Shown piece by piece: positions 1 to 12,800 of a DNA stretch of 64,000 nt. The notes beneath the pieces were generated by a model. The model was not told the origin of the DNA and ran no database searches. It saw only the letters and a list, made by a program, of their open reading frames with translations. This DNA is from Candidatus Peregrinibacteria bacterium. Lineage in GTDB: Bacteria; Patescibacteriota; Gracilibacteria; UBA1369; UBA12463. Position 1 is the first letter of the stretch. Every line of letters begins with the position of its first letter. The stretch is from positions 4,817 through 68,816 of the forward strand of contig JAPLYO010000012.1 of the NCBI GenBank assembly GCA_026395555.1, read 5' to 3'. Position numbers and translations under genes: made by a program.

Positions 1-191
1 GTTTTTCTCCTGAATATATATACGCCAAATTTGACGGTAATGGTTGCTATATTCTTGGTGCCAAGTTGGAAGTTGTCGGTACGGGCAATAGTGATAAATC
101 ATTACCTGGATTTGATTTTTGCGCTGGCGCAGCGCCGACGAGTGGTGCCGGTTCAAAGAATTACTATTACGTTGTTGTGAAATATAAGTAG
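1..191 (+). CDS. Type IV pilin-like protein, C-terminal fragment (5' end outside window)
   Basis: Frame 3 is open from the window edge to TAG at 189-191. It translates ...DGNGCYILGAKLEVVGTGNSDKSLPGFDFCAGAAPTSGAGSKNYYYVVVKYK*. This parallels the C-terminal half of the complete pilin at 310-798 (..NKCYYIAATMEVPENNNGKG..PCAIDTAAKTNFYQVVNY*): a Cys-Tyr hydrophobic strand ending in EV, a Gly/Asn loop, a second Cys, and an aromatic/Val-rich last strand. Confidence 0.45.
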   Translation, partial: FSPEYIYAKFDGNGCYILGAKLEVVGTGNSDKSLPGFDFCAGAAPTSGAGSKNYYYVVVKYK

Positions 192-309
192 CATTTTCTT
201 GCTAAATTTTCTCAACATATTCTGATTCGGTTTCCAAAGCCAGTTTAGCTTGTAAAAAAGTGGCTATTTTTGTACACTTGAGATACTTATTTTTCTCACA
301 TATTTACGT

Positions 310-798
310 ATGAAAAAGCTTCTTCAGAGGCGACAGGGATTCACGCTCATCGAGCTCCTGATCGTCATCGTTATCATTGGTATTTTGGCTGTAGGATTCG
401 CTCCAACACTTTTGAATGCCCCAAAGAAGGCTCGTGATGGTGTCAGAAAAGGACAGATCGCAAGCATTCAGCAGGCGGTTGAGGCTTATGCATTAGACAG
501 TAGTACGGCTTCTTATCCGGCAGCCGATGCACAGGGTTGCGTCAATGCAACCGCCCTCAAGCCATATTTCCAGGGAGGTATCGCTCCAGTAGATCCATCT
601 GGTAACACCTATCAGAATGGAGCATGTACGACAAAGGGTTCATTTGCCTATGGACTTGATACTACCAACAAATGTTATTACATTGCTGCAACTATGGAGG
701 TTCCAGAAAATAACAACGGTAAAGGAGTTACTGCTGCCACGCCTTGCGCTATCGATACGGCTGCAAAAACAAATTTCTATCAGGTTGTGAATTACTAA
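310..798 (+). CDS. Type IV pilin-like protein (prepilin-type N-terminal cleavage/methylation motif)
   Basis: The N-terminus MKKLLQRRQG|FTLIELLIVIVIIGILAVGFAP is the classic prepilin motif: G-FTLIE followed by a roughly 20-residue hydrophobic helix. The globular C-terminal half has 4 Cys. A hairpin terminator follows directly. Confidence 0.85.
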   Translation: MKKLLQRRQGFTLIELLIVIVIIGILAVGFAPTLLNAPKKARDGVRKGQIASIQQAVEAYALDSSTASYPAADAQGCVNATALKPYFQGGIAPVDPSGNTYQNGACTTKGSFAYGLDTTNKCYYIAATMEVPENNNGKGVTAATPCAIDTAAKTNFYQVVNY

Positions 799-839
799 TT
801 TTATAGTTTCTTTGGGCGGTATGCGCGTGTCGTGTGCCG

Positions 840-863
840 CCCGAGTTGTTTCTCGGGTTTTTG
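840..863 (+). terminator. Intrinsic terminator-like hairpin downstream of the pilin gene
   Basis: CCCGAG (840-845), loop TTGTTT, CTCGGG (852-857), then TTTTTG. It lies between the pilin stop (798) and the first ATG of the giant ORF (891). Confidence 0.55.
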
Positions 864-890
864 TTCTTTCAGAAGTTTCATATATCTTTC

Positions 891-3800
891 ATGCCCCATT
901 TCTCGCTCAAGCACAGCATTGTTGCCGTCGTCTTGGCTGCCTTTCTGGCGGTGAATGTGGCGCAGGTTCCAGTAGTATTTGCCGACGCTATTTCGACGTA
1001 TAGCGTTGACGAGAAGAGTAGTGATTTAGGGCTTATGGGTGCGGATGTGAAGGACACTCGTGATTTAGTGGCGATCGTTGTCAGCGAAGATGCATGGAAT
1101 AATTCAGAGAAATATGTTGGATTGTCGGAGAAATATAACGATGTCGATAAGGGTAGATTGCAGGACAGAGTGAAGCGTTATGCGGAGGATGTACAAAAGG
1201 CATTACCGAAAACGAATACGATTATTATTCCTGTTTCCGCTGCAGCAGAAAGTGTTTTGAAGGTACAGCAGGTATTGGAAAAATTATATTTGGGAGGACA
1301 AAAAGTGAATGGCAACGCGACACAGTTGAGTGGCGTGGTATTGATAGGCAATGTGCCGCTACCGGTGGTTACCAAGGGTAGCCAGTCGTTCATTAGCATG
1401 CTGCCGTATACGGATTTCGTAGAGCCGAGTTATGTTTTTGATGCTGGTTTGCAGAAGTACGTGAGAAGTCCGTCTGCCCCTGCCGCTCCGAAAGCGGAGA
1501 TTTGGCATGGAGTCATCCATCCACCTGTTGCGGGTAATGAGGGCATGAAGCAGTTAGCGGAGTATTTAGATAAAAATCATTTGTATCATCTTGGTAACAA
1601 AGACTTTTCTGATTTTAATAAAAAAATTCTTTATAGTGATTTGGTTGCGGAGTCGAAGAATATGAACCATGCGAGCTTTCCGAGGTATCAGCAGTTCCTG
1701 AAGGATATGGAGGATCTTGTCTATAGTCGTTTCAGTGCGAAGTGGCTGGCGTCACTGCAAAAGCAGTTCGATGGAGCAACTCAGGCTGCAACGGGAGGCG
1801 ATCAGAGTAAAACAGCAGCTGGCATTACCGATATTCCCGATATTCAAACTGTTCAGCCCATTCAGTCATACCACATTACCTATCCTGAACTTTTTGGGAC
1901 GTTTCTCAATACCGTTACGGATTTTGCTACCGGCAGCGGACGGTGGAGTGAGGACGATATAGAGAGCATACCTTCGCTCATTGCCAAGAAAGATGCCTTT
2001 GTGATGGCGACGGTTCGAGATACGAATGATGCCATTGAGGCGAAAATTGATGCTGAGCTTGAGGCCGTACAGAAGCCACTTCCGCTCTATCATGATGTTA
2101 CGATCGACGGTGTCGTACGATATCAAAATCCGGGAAAAATTGGATTATTGAAAAGTATCGCCTCTACGTTGGCGGGAAATATTACCTCAAAAGACTACTT
2201 GATCGGAGATGGAAAATTTGTCTTCACCAATAACTCCATTATCGCAGGCATACAGTATGTGAATGGTGTTGCCTCGGGCGATATCACCAGGGCACAGCAG
2301 TGCTCGACCTATGGTGGAAGCGTAGAAGGGGGTCTGGGAAGTATGGTTGGAATTCTGCAAAATAATGGCGTGGTTTCACAAATGGTGCGCTTCATTCGCT
2401 CACTGAATCCGCTCACGATTAATGTGAGTGGTGCCACGGGTGCGGCCGGAGAGTCAGATAATGCCAAGAATCCTGGCTTGCTACCATCGTTAGGCGTGAC
2501 AACGAGAGCGCTGAGCTCGAGCGAGGCTTCGAAATTGAGCGGTGGAAATATTTTACATGGTGCGTTGGTGGAGGCCGACAAAGATTTGAACTTACCTGCG
2601 AAGTTTGCGCCTATTAGCCTGAATGCCGGAGATATTTTATTAGATCTTGACGGGGTAACTATCGACGAAGAGCATCCGATTCCCTCACTCCTCCAAACGA
2701 GAAGCGTTGGAGAAAAAGCTCGTGTTGGTCTTTATCGCGAAGGAAAAAATATGAGCGTTGAGACGCCTATTTTGGATGCTAACTCCGATGCTCTCGTTGC
2801 GGGATGCTATGGTATCAATTTCACGAATGAACAGAATGTTATTGCAGGGAAGGAGGCACGCCGATGCTTCCCATTGGCAGCCACCTATCCTACCGCCGAT
2901 CATGCAGGTACAACGCATATAGCCTCTATCGCGGGATTAAGCGACATGGATCGTGGCTTGAGCTGTACCTCTTTCCGTGGTCAGAAACAGTTTGATACTT
3001 TCATTACAGAGGCGAGAAAGTATATGAGTGATTCAAGAGATAATGGTCCTTCTGGACTTATCCTCCCCAATCTTCCCACTCAGGATCCCGCAAAAATTCT
3101 TCTGCTCGACAAGGCAAAATCGGGAATCTTGGGAGCGCCACAGGATTTTTCATTTCAACAATTCTTGGACCTGCAGGGCGTGATGAATCAACAAGATGAT
3201 AATGGTGATTACTATGATACCAATGGTAATGGAAAGGTCGATCAGATCGCGTGGATCGACTATAATGGCAATGGAAAACTGGATCTGTGGGTCAACCCAA
3301 ACGTTACGGGCAGTTCGGTGAATGTCGTCAGTCTACCAGGTGAAGATGATGTCTTGTCGTCTCTTTTTAGCAAACTTCCTGCGTCTTTGAGTGTCGAAGA
3401 GTACAAGGCAAAATTTCCGCAATTTTTCCAGGGATCAAAATATGTCGGACCCTATACTGGAGAGTTCGTCGGAGGTGATTTCGGTGTCGATGATCCATCT
3501 GAGCTGGGATATGGGTACAAGGCCGCCGGAACGAGCGAGGCGGAGCGTTGGAGCAATATTCAGAAAAAGTATTTGGAAATAGATTCCCCCGTCGTGTATG
3601 CCACTCCCCGCAGAGCTCCAACACAACAAGAGTATCGAGCTCATCTCCAGGCGATGCAGAAAAATCATCCAAGTCTCAAGATTGATGTCTTGAATTTACT
3701 GTATGGCGGCAGTTCTTGTATTACTTCCGGCACGGGATGCGAAGATGAACTTCTCCAAATTGATGGCTTGCGTAAGAGCACTTCTGACATATGGATGCGT

Positions 3801-6800
3801 TTCACTTCGCAAAAAGAAAAAGATATTTCCAGCGTTGGATATCACAAAGAACCGACCGCTGCGACGCTAGGCGCACAGTTCAAAGGTGTTCTCTCGACAG
3901 CGCTTCCTATCGATCGACCACGACATGCCACCTTCCTCGACAAGACCGGTTTGATGAAGACGTTTATCTATCCGAACGCCTTCTCGGTATCAACGTACGA
4001 TGAACTCATACAGTGGAGAGGCTTGAGCTTGGATCAGAAACATACTCGCGTTATGCAGGAGTATCTCAATCCGTCGATTGATGGATATGTGGACGACTCT
4101 CCACTTGGCTACGAGGCGATGTATTTCGTAGCAAATGGAAAGCCTACGTCCTACTCATCCGATTTTTCCGGTGAGGGAATCGTCTCTGAAGATGATCTTG
4201 AGTATACGACCATCATGGGCGGGGATAACGTAAAAGGCACTGGAAGTATCGTTGCTTCTGCGGCCAATGGTGTTTCTATCGACACTCAAGCAAATACTTC
4301 TTCGACCTCTTCTACCGAATCGAATTCTCAATCTTCATCGAGCTCTAAGGTTTCCGGGGCGGGAACGTCTTCCGACTCTTCCGATCCCGATGTTGTCGAT
4401 ATTGATAAATGGTTTCCCGCTATTGAAAAGTGGCTCGATAATCTCAAAAATTCGTTTAAGCCCTTAGGATTAAGTCTTACCGATACTGCTGGATACGATG
4501 CGCTCGTGGCTCCAGGATCACCACTTCAAAGTCTCAAACTTTCCATTCCAAAAACAAATCCTACTATCGAGGGGGATAGCGTTGTCGTGGATGTCATTGG
4601 ATTTGATAGCAAGGGTTCACTCGCGACGAATGACCACACCTCTCTCGTACGATTAGATGTTGCAGGCCTCGACGCTACACCCGAGAGTGCCAAGGTGATT
4701 CCAAGTGCGAGTGATATGCCTGACGGTGGCGTCTTCTTGTCTCAGGGATATGCTCATTTTCAGATTGTACCGGGTAAAAAACCCCAAACAATTGTCGTAA
4801 GAGCTCGCGCTTCTGTATCGGGTAATACCGTATCGAGTGATAGCGTAACGCTTAAGATTACCGAGACGGATATTACGACTGGTCAGGCCACTTCTTCTGA
4901 TGCACTTTCAGGCGTACCGCATAGCGTAAGTGTGAGCTCGGAGAATACTATGCTCATTTCTCCTGCCGTACTTCCTGCGCTGCCACAGACCGTTGCCGTT
5001 TCTCTTTCCGATATTTCCGGTCATCGCGTGGAGGGTCAGCTGGCTTCGTATGATATTACGGTCAGCGGACCGGTTTCTGTTTCCGGCATCGGAGATCTCG
5101 ATCCGAACCGTCCGGGCTATCAAGTAGAAAGCATGGGCGATCCCGTGCTCGTACTCCTCACGCCAACAGCAACATCCGGAGAGGTCACTATTTCCGCAGC
5201 GAGCTCGACCGATGACGGTTCCCCTATTACCGGGACGCTTACGTTACCTATTCGTAATGACCTCCATATTGATCTTTCGAGCAGTACATCTCAATTGAAG
5301 GCGGATGGAACTTCTGTTGCAGTTGTTACCGCGACCGTTCGCGATGCAGGCGGTGCAATAACGAACAATTTTTCCGGACCGGTTCATTTTTCTGTTGATG
5401 ATGATCATCTCGGAACATTCTCTTCGCAGACACCAACACACTTCTCCAAAGGTCAGGCTGTTGTTACCCTTCAGTCGGCTACACGCAGCGGCAATGTGAG
5501 CGTCATCGTTGATGGCTCAGGACTCGCATCGGCCAAAACTTCTATTGGAATTTCACCTCTACAGGCAGCCAGTATTCAGATCGTGAACGGTATAAAAACG
5601 CTCGCTCTCGCCACGGGCAATAACGTTGTCGTCAATGTCGTAGACCAGTATGGCAATCTAGCAACCGATAACTCCCTTCCGCTTGAGGTTCGCCTCACCG
5701 CCAAAACGGCGAAATACGGCAACTTGCGCTCTGCCAACGGTACACTCGGAAAGAGCCTTATTATCTACGCCCAGCATGGAACCGGCGCCTTTATGATTCA
5801 GGCGAGTGATACCTCCGGACCAATTCATATCGTCGTATCGTCGCCAGGACTTAATGGTGCGGCTCAAGAAATTATTACGAGCGGACAGTCGGGCAATGGC
5901 ATTATTTCCGGTCTCAATCCTAGTGTTTTGTATGCCTCGCTTCTGGGTGGCCCTTTTGGAAAAGTTTCAGAAAAAAACTACCTCGCGGGCGCGATGCTAT
6001 TCAGCGGGAAGATGGAGGCCGCCGCCGCCCTATCAACCGACGCAAAACCTCAACATAATCTCATCAGTATTGGGGCGTATGGCGGTGTGACTGTATATGA
6101 TTCTGCGGCGGCGGTACGGGTTCTTAACTCTGGAGAGGGTGAGCCGCTGCGCATGTCACTCACAACAAGTGTCGGTAAGAATACTGTCGGCGAGCTCATT
6201 ATTAAGCGCGATGGCAAAGCGTCTGACTATGTGAGCATGGTTGAAACTGAGGGCAAGGCTTATACCTTTGCTCCAGCTGGTGCTTCGAATTTCGATGGAG
6301 TTATTCGCGATTCCGACAAAGATCTTCTTCGAATTTATGGAGCCGGTGGTGTCCAGATTCTTGATCCAAGTATTACCGTTACTCTTTCGGCAGCGTCCGT
6401 CACTACCGGCAAATTTATTTCTCTTGATGTCAGTAGCAATGGCAATGTTATTGCTACTATTCGCGTTCCATTCGATGCTGTTAATCCGCTCGCGCTTCTC
6501 AACGCCCCACCTACATCGTATCAACAACTACCAACTGGCGTATGGCTCATAAATCAAATCCATAGTGAAAATTATATCTTTGAGCCTTCTTATACCGGAT
6601 TCTCATCCGGCGAGCCATCTGGATATAAACTCGTAAGCACCCTTACTACTGACGTTACCGCAGATGATACCATCGGCTCCTCATCTACATCCCTTGAAGA
6701 CGCGGCAACGACAAGCGGTATCGGATTCGCCGGAGACAACAAGCATATGCTTCTCTTGGCTGCCGGCAATACCGTCGGAGAGTCACACAAGCCCTATCCT

Positions 6801-9800
6801 TCTGAAATTGGTATTATCTTGGGTGACCCAACCGTCAGGCTTCCAAGCGCGAATACATCATCCGCACTGGGCTTCAGTATGGATCTCGGAAAGAGTATTG
6901 GATCTATCACGCAAGGCGCAAAAGTTCTTCTTCCTCTTGATGTTAATAATGATGGCAAAAAAGATCTACTCGTCGGCAATGAGGATGGCTCTATCCGTTA
7001 TTTTCAATATACGGGAGGTTCTGAGACGTATCGAGACCGTGGCGAACTACTGCGTGTCAAGCATGGTATTTATGATGCAGGAGTTGCCGATATTGACGGT
7101 GATGGCGATGAGGATATCGTTGTTGCCACCAAGGAGTCGTGTACCACGAAAGAAACATGCGTTGATATTTATCGAAATAATAAAGGTACGTTCACGAGAG
7201 AAAATCTTGGGCTTACTATCGAGCCAGATCGACGCGTTGCCGTTCTACGGCTTGTAGATATGAACGCCGATGGCGTGCCTGATCTTCTCGTATCGCTTAC
7301 TAATGGTGAAATTCGCGTATTCTACAATGATGGAAAAGGTGTTTTTGAGCATACCGGTCAGCTTATCGGTTCATTTAATGTTTCCCCTGGCCAGCGCGTA
7401 CTCCTCTCGGCCAATACTAGCATTGCTCAATCCATCGACACCGCAAGTGTTCCGAGCATCGCAAATGATCCAACCTTCACATCAGATATTCACGATACTT
7501 TTGCCGATATTTTTGCTCAGCCCGAGGGAAGTGCCAATGCTATGCTGGTTTATTTTGTTGCGAATGGTGCTGCATCTTTGAAGGGCGGACACGTCATGTA
7601 TCGAAAAATTGAGGTGCCTGCAGGTATCACCACTACTGATGCCATGGATAAGCTCAAAGGGGATCTTTCCGCGACACTCTCTCCGAAAGATGCTACCGGA
7701 ACCAAAGGCGACCTTTCTGCTGCCGGTAAGGGTATGGGCCTTCTCATAAACGAAAATAATAAAGACTCTAATCATGATGGTATTCCTGATTATATCGATG
7801 GCGTGCTTAGCAATCCTGGCGCTGCAATTAATGGTGTTATCGACAAGGCGAGTACGGCCGCCAATTCTGTAAAATCAACCATCAAAAAATTACGCTGCGG
7901 AGAGGGTTGTCTCCCGTTGCCGGTGAATTTTGCGTTCTTGGCACCAGGTCCGATCAATATTAAGGGAGTCGCCGCAGGTGATGATCCTGTAGCTATCCCC
8001 GTCTTTGGAGCCGCTGGTGGATGTACTCCATGGCCGATCTGGCCACCATGCCCATACCAAAATACATCTCAAACATTCCGTATCTATGTCTCGCCGACAC
8101 TCACTGGACAGGTCGGATTTGGTATATGTTTTGGTGGTTCGTACAAAAATGGTCAGTGCTACGCCTTCGCTCCAAATATTTCATTTATTCCAGAAGGCCT
8201 GTGTAAAGCGGTTTCTCAAAAAATGAGTGCCGTTCTAAAAAACGCCTCATCGTTCGGTTCCGGCGGAGGCGGTGGCAGTGGATTTACCTCAACCATCGCG
8301 GGCGGTGGCAAGAAGTTCCCAAGTACCGATACGACGAATAAAAATAGCAATACAGCGCTCTTGCAGGGTTATGGTGTTGAAACAAATGTAGCGGCAAATA
8401 TTCGCGTCCCTGGTTTCCCAGCAGCATTTACAGACTGGATCGATCGACAAATTGAAGAGATTCTGGATAAACTTACTGATCTTCCAGATCTCTATCTTAT
8501 GTATCCTCAGCTCAGCTCACTCGGTAGAGCCGTGATTCCACAGATGTCATCCGGCAAGATTGCTGGATACTCTACCTTCCTTGCATGGCTCAATAGTGTC
8601 CCTCTTATCAAGATCGAGCCTAAGCCTGTTCTCCTTATTCTTCCTTCCCTCACCAAGGGTCAGATTCTCAAGCTCCAGGCCAATCTTGCCGTATGGCTCA
8701 ATGATTTTAATCTTGAGATTTTCCGTCTTAAATCACTTTTTGGATGCGACAAGGAGACAAAAGATAAACATTTTGTTGATGTATGTGGACTCATTGACGT
8801 GAAATCAAATATCATCTTCAAAAAAATTGATGACAATTTCAGGGCTCTCAATGCCTACAAAGAATTTCCTAAAAAACTTCTTCAGTATCGCAATATTGAG
8901 GCGAAATATATTCGTCAAATCATCAACTATCTCACCACGGTGAGTCAGTTCCTTGGCGGATATGTTCGCCGACAGGAGAAACGCTTGGGAGCCTGGATTG
9001 ATATGGTTACATCGATTAAGAAGGTTCTGGCTCAATGGCAAGCAGTTATAGATATTACTCAGAAATATGCGACAAATTGTGATAGCTGTAAGACTGAGAG
9101 AGGCTCACTCTTCCCTATGCTCCTCAATGCCCTGGTCAATATTCCCGCGCCTCCAATTATTCCATTTCCAAAATGGCCTGATATCATTATGGATTTTTCT
9201 CGTGTAGAGACGGGCGTCAATATCGTCTGGCCAGATCTAACTTTTGCTCCAAAACAGATCCTCCTCCCAACACTTCCTTCTATCAAATTTCCGATAGATG
9301 CCAATCTCTTAGCTGAACTGGGTGGCGTAAATATCTCCAAGATCACTCTCGATCTCGGCGCGGCATTTGATTCTCTTATTCCCGTCTTGCCTGCGCTTCC
9401 TTCCCTCCCTTCTCTTCCAAATCTACCGGATCTGCCGCCTCTTCCTACCTTCAAACTCCCAGATATTCCACCTGCACCGAGAATCCCAGGCCTGGATAAG
9501 ATTAAAGGCGTTAATCTCAAGAAAGCGCTTGCGAGCATTAAGGACCTCTTAGAGGTCGTATGTCTTATCAAAAAAGGATACTACATTGTCGACGAAGACA
9601 GCGTTAAGAGCAATCTCAAAACGATGATTGAGCAGCTTACTCAGCGCTCACTTACGCCTCCTCTCAGTATTGATTTAGAAAAAACAGTAACCTATCCTCC
9701 GATAAAATACAACGCCGTTGAACAGATTATTCTCCGAGGAAAACTCAAGTTCGAGATTGGAACTGATGTGATTTATAACACGTTCAAGAGCTTTGCTGAT

Positions 9801-12800
9801 GACGTGAATAGCAAGACTACTGATCTCGTCCGAGGAGTAAACAGTCTCGGTCAAAATGTTGGCAATGCTGCTAATACTGCTGCGAAAAATCTTCAGCAGG
9901 GTGCAAAGAATGTTATCAAGAGTGGTGTTGATACTACTAAGGGCGCCATTAAAACCGGTGCCGATGCCGTCAACCAGCAACTCAAGAATGCTAATACTGG
10001 CGTGAAAAACACAACCACCGATGTCAATCAAGGTATCAAGAACAAGCTTGGTAGTTTCGATCCACGTGCTAGCCAGATACACCTCGTGGCCGAACAAATT
10101 CCTGTTGATATCTCAACATTACCGAATGCGAGCCAGAACGGTGACACGTATAGCGCTAATGCATCTGGCACATTGAGCCATCAGCTAGAGCGATATCTCG
10201 CCAATACATCTACCGAACTTTCCGATGGGCTCATCGCCTCTTCATCATCCAACTCTCCACTAAGCCGTTACACGGCTCAAGCGGGCGAGAGCGACATGGC
10301 GCTTATGGAAAGTCCAAAAATGGTTGCTCTAGCCACCGGAGATCCGAGTGGTGCAACAGCGGGGGCGGATACAAATCCACCCGCAACTCTCTCCTCAACG
10401 ATGGAAAATTACGCTCAGGATGTTGCTCAGCCTGTAGGTATATATCTCTCTAATCCTGCGACTGGAAATGCCGAGAAGCTTCTTGCTTATACGCTTGAAA
10501 CAGGTCGTGATCCTATCTTGAGCCAAATAGATGTCGACAACGATGGTGACACTGATGTTTTCTATAGCTTCGGGGGAGATATTTATTTCAAAGAGAATCA
10601 GACGAAACACACTTCCGACAACTTCAATCAAATTGATACCTCCAGCCCTATGGTATCATCGCTCAATGACCTCTTGCCGGTCGCGGGTGCCGTAACTGGC
10701 GTTTCATTTGATGACTCACAGCGCGATCTTATTACTCTTTCATGGAATGCTTCCGGTAGTGGCGTGATTGGATATGAACTTGATACATGGAGCATAGATA
10801 CCGATCTTCAGAAGAGACAGTATTTATTCCCATCTGCCAGTGGTCAAATCCCTTACAATGCTCATGTTGTAACGGAAGAGATCGCCGACAGCCCTTCACT
10901 GTCTGTCTCGCTGTCGCTTCCATACGGAAACACTTATTTCCAAATTGTACCGCTTGGAGCGAAAGGTGCCAAAGGTACGCCATCGTCTGTATACTTATTT
11001 GCACCTCAAATATGCGGAAATTCAGCCCCACCGCTTTCATCTGTAGAAGGTGGAGTTAGCGGCGATGGAACTGCAGCCGGAGCTACCACAGGTGAAGACG
11101 TGCGTAGTGTTGCCCTTGGCAAGACGCTTCGTATTAACCTATCCGGTATTATCGATGCCAAATCAGAAATCGTAAAATACTACGCCGATACTGATCTTTC
11201 GAAAGACTCCAATGGGGACGGTAATCCTGAAAACGATAACGATGTCAGCTCGACCCTTCCATCTCTTGAATTTGGTCCATACTACAAAGATGGCGACGTT
11301 CGAGTGAATATTTTTGCAGAAAATGCTCATGGCACGGTCAGCCAGCAGACACTAGGCATACGCGTTTATGTTCCGAACATTTACCTCAAGCACGCCTCCA
11401 CTCAGGACGGCAGTGCGCAGGGATATATCAGTCCGGGCGAGGGCGATGTCCCTTTTGCTCTCGTTCGAGAAAGGGGCGGTAGTGCCGAGATTATTGGAGA
11501 TTATACTACTGACTCTGTCGGCAACTTTTCCGTAAGCGGACTTCAAACTGCCGGCAAAACCGTTATCCGTAATATCAAAAATGAAGTTGTTGCTGAGTAC
11601 GAGCGTGAAACCGGAAAGTTCCACATCGTCAAAGAAGGATACACATTACGAGCACGCGTATCTGCTCCTGGCTACCTCGCAACCGTAGAGGTCGTAGATC
11701 CGAATGATGTTGTTTTGGCGAGCTCCTTCGCAGTTCCTGATGCGAATACTGACGTAACGATTGATCCTACCACTCTCTCCTATACCCCCATTACGACGAA
11801 AACCATGAAGGGCGTTCACATCGCCGATCGCGATGCGAATGATTCTATTCTTCTTAAGAGCATTCCCGCTGATGATCCTGCTTATTTCGGTGGAACAGAA
11901 GTAATCAGTCGAGACTCTCATGGCGATACAAGATTAGCACTCGTTGATTCAAGTGGACACATACTCATCACTGATTCACGAGTGTCGATTCGACTACGTG
12001 ATGTACCCGATATGCCTTATGCGTATGAGTTACTGCTAGACTCAAAAATTATTGGAGAGATATTTATTGCTACCAATATTCCTTCAAAACCTATCATTCT
12101 CGATCCGGCCGAGTTCTCTGTTCCTGCTAGTACATCTGTGGAGGCTCAGGTAGCTGCTATTCCAGCGGACTCCCTCCTTCCTTCATCAAACTTCTCTGAT
12201 ATTACCAAGGGAACGGACCTCTACAGGGCGGTATCCGTACTGCAAAATGATGGTATCATTGAAGGCTATCAAGAAAATGGGCAGCAGGTATTTAAACCGG
12301 ATCAAGCTATTCTACGCGCGGAATACACAAAAATCGTCCTCAAAGCTTTGTGTATCGTTCCGCGCCCAGCCGCCTACCAATCCCCATCACCATTCTCTGA
12401 TATTACCTTCAGTGAACCGCCATCATGGTTCTATCCTTTTGTAAAAGAATCATTCTTGCTCAACTTAATTACGGGATATGTCGGAGAAAAAAACAGCTCC
12501 GGCTTCTCTCCATTCAAACCTCTCTCCTACATCTCACGTGCTGAGTCGGTAAAGATTCTCATCGAGGCACTTCGTATGCTGCGAGTTATCCGTCTCGACA
12601 CTGTCACTGCAGGAGCGAATGATGCGTGGTACGCCCCATTCATGAAAGTTGCCCAGGATCTCACTCCGTATACTATCGCACCAACCTCCAAATCTTCCAC
12701 GAAGACCAAGGAGTCGTTCATCGTTACTCCTGTGGAGTCCCTCTCTCCGGACTATCGCATGACACGTGGGGACTTCGCTATCATGGCGGCTCGTGTTCTC

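Noticed and set aside
834-890. GTG-initiated 5' extension of the giant ORF (track start 834), and the overlapping 63-aa ORF at 812-1003
   Set aside because: The extension runs through the terminator-like hairpin at 840-863 and encodes no signal sequence. ATG 891 begins a textbook signal peptide. The 63-aa ORF is an out-of-frame overlap with no features.
6664-7257. Alternative-frame and antisense ORFs inside the giant gene (e.g. 6664-7257 +, 9059-9571 -, 9675-10097 -, 6156-6527 -)
   Set aside because: The main frame shows recognisable domains (FG-GAP, Ig-like, SLH) throughout. The overlapping ORFs have no motifs and look like frame shadows.
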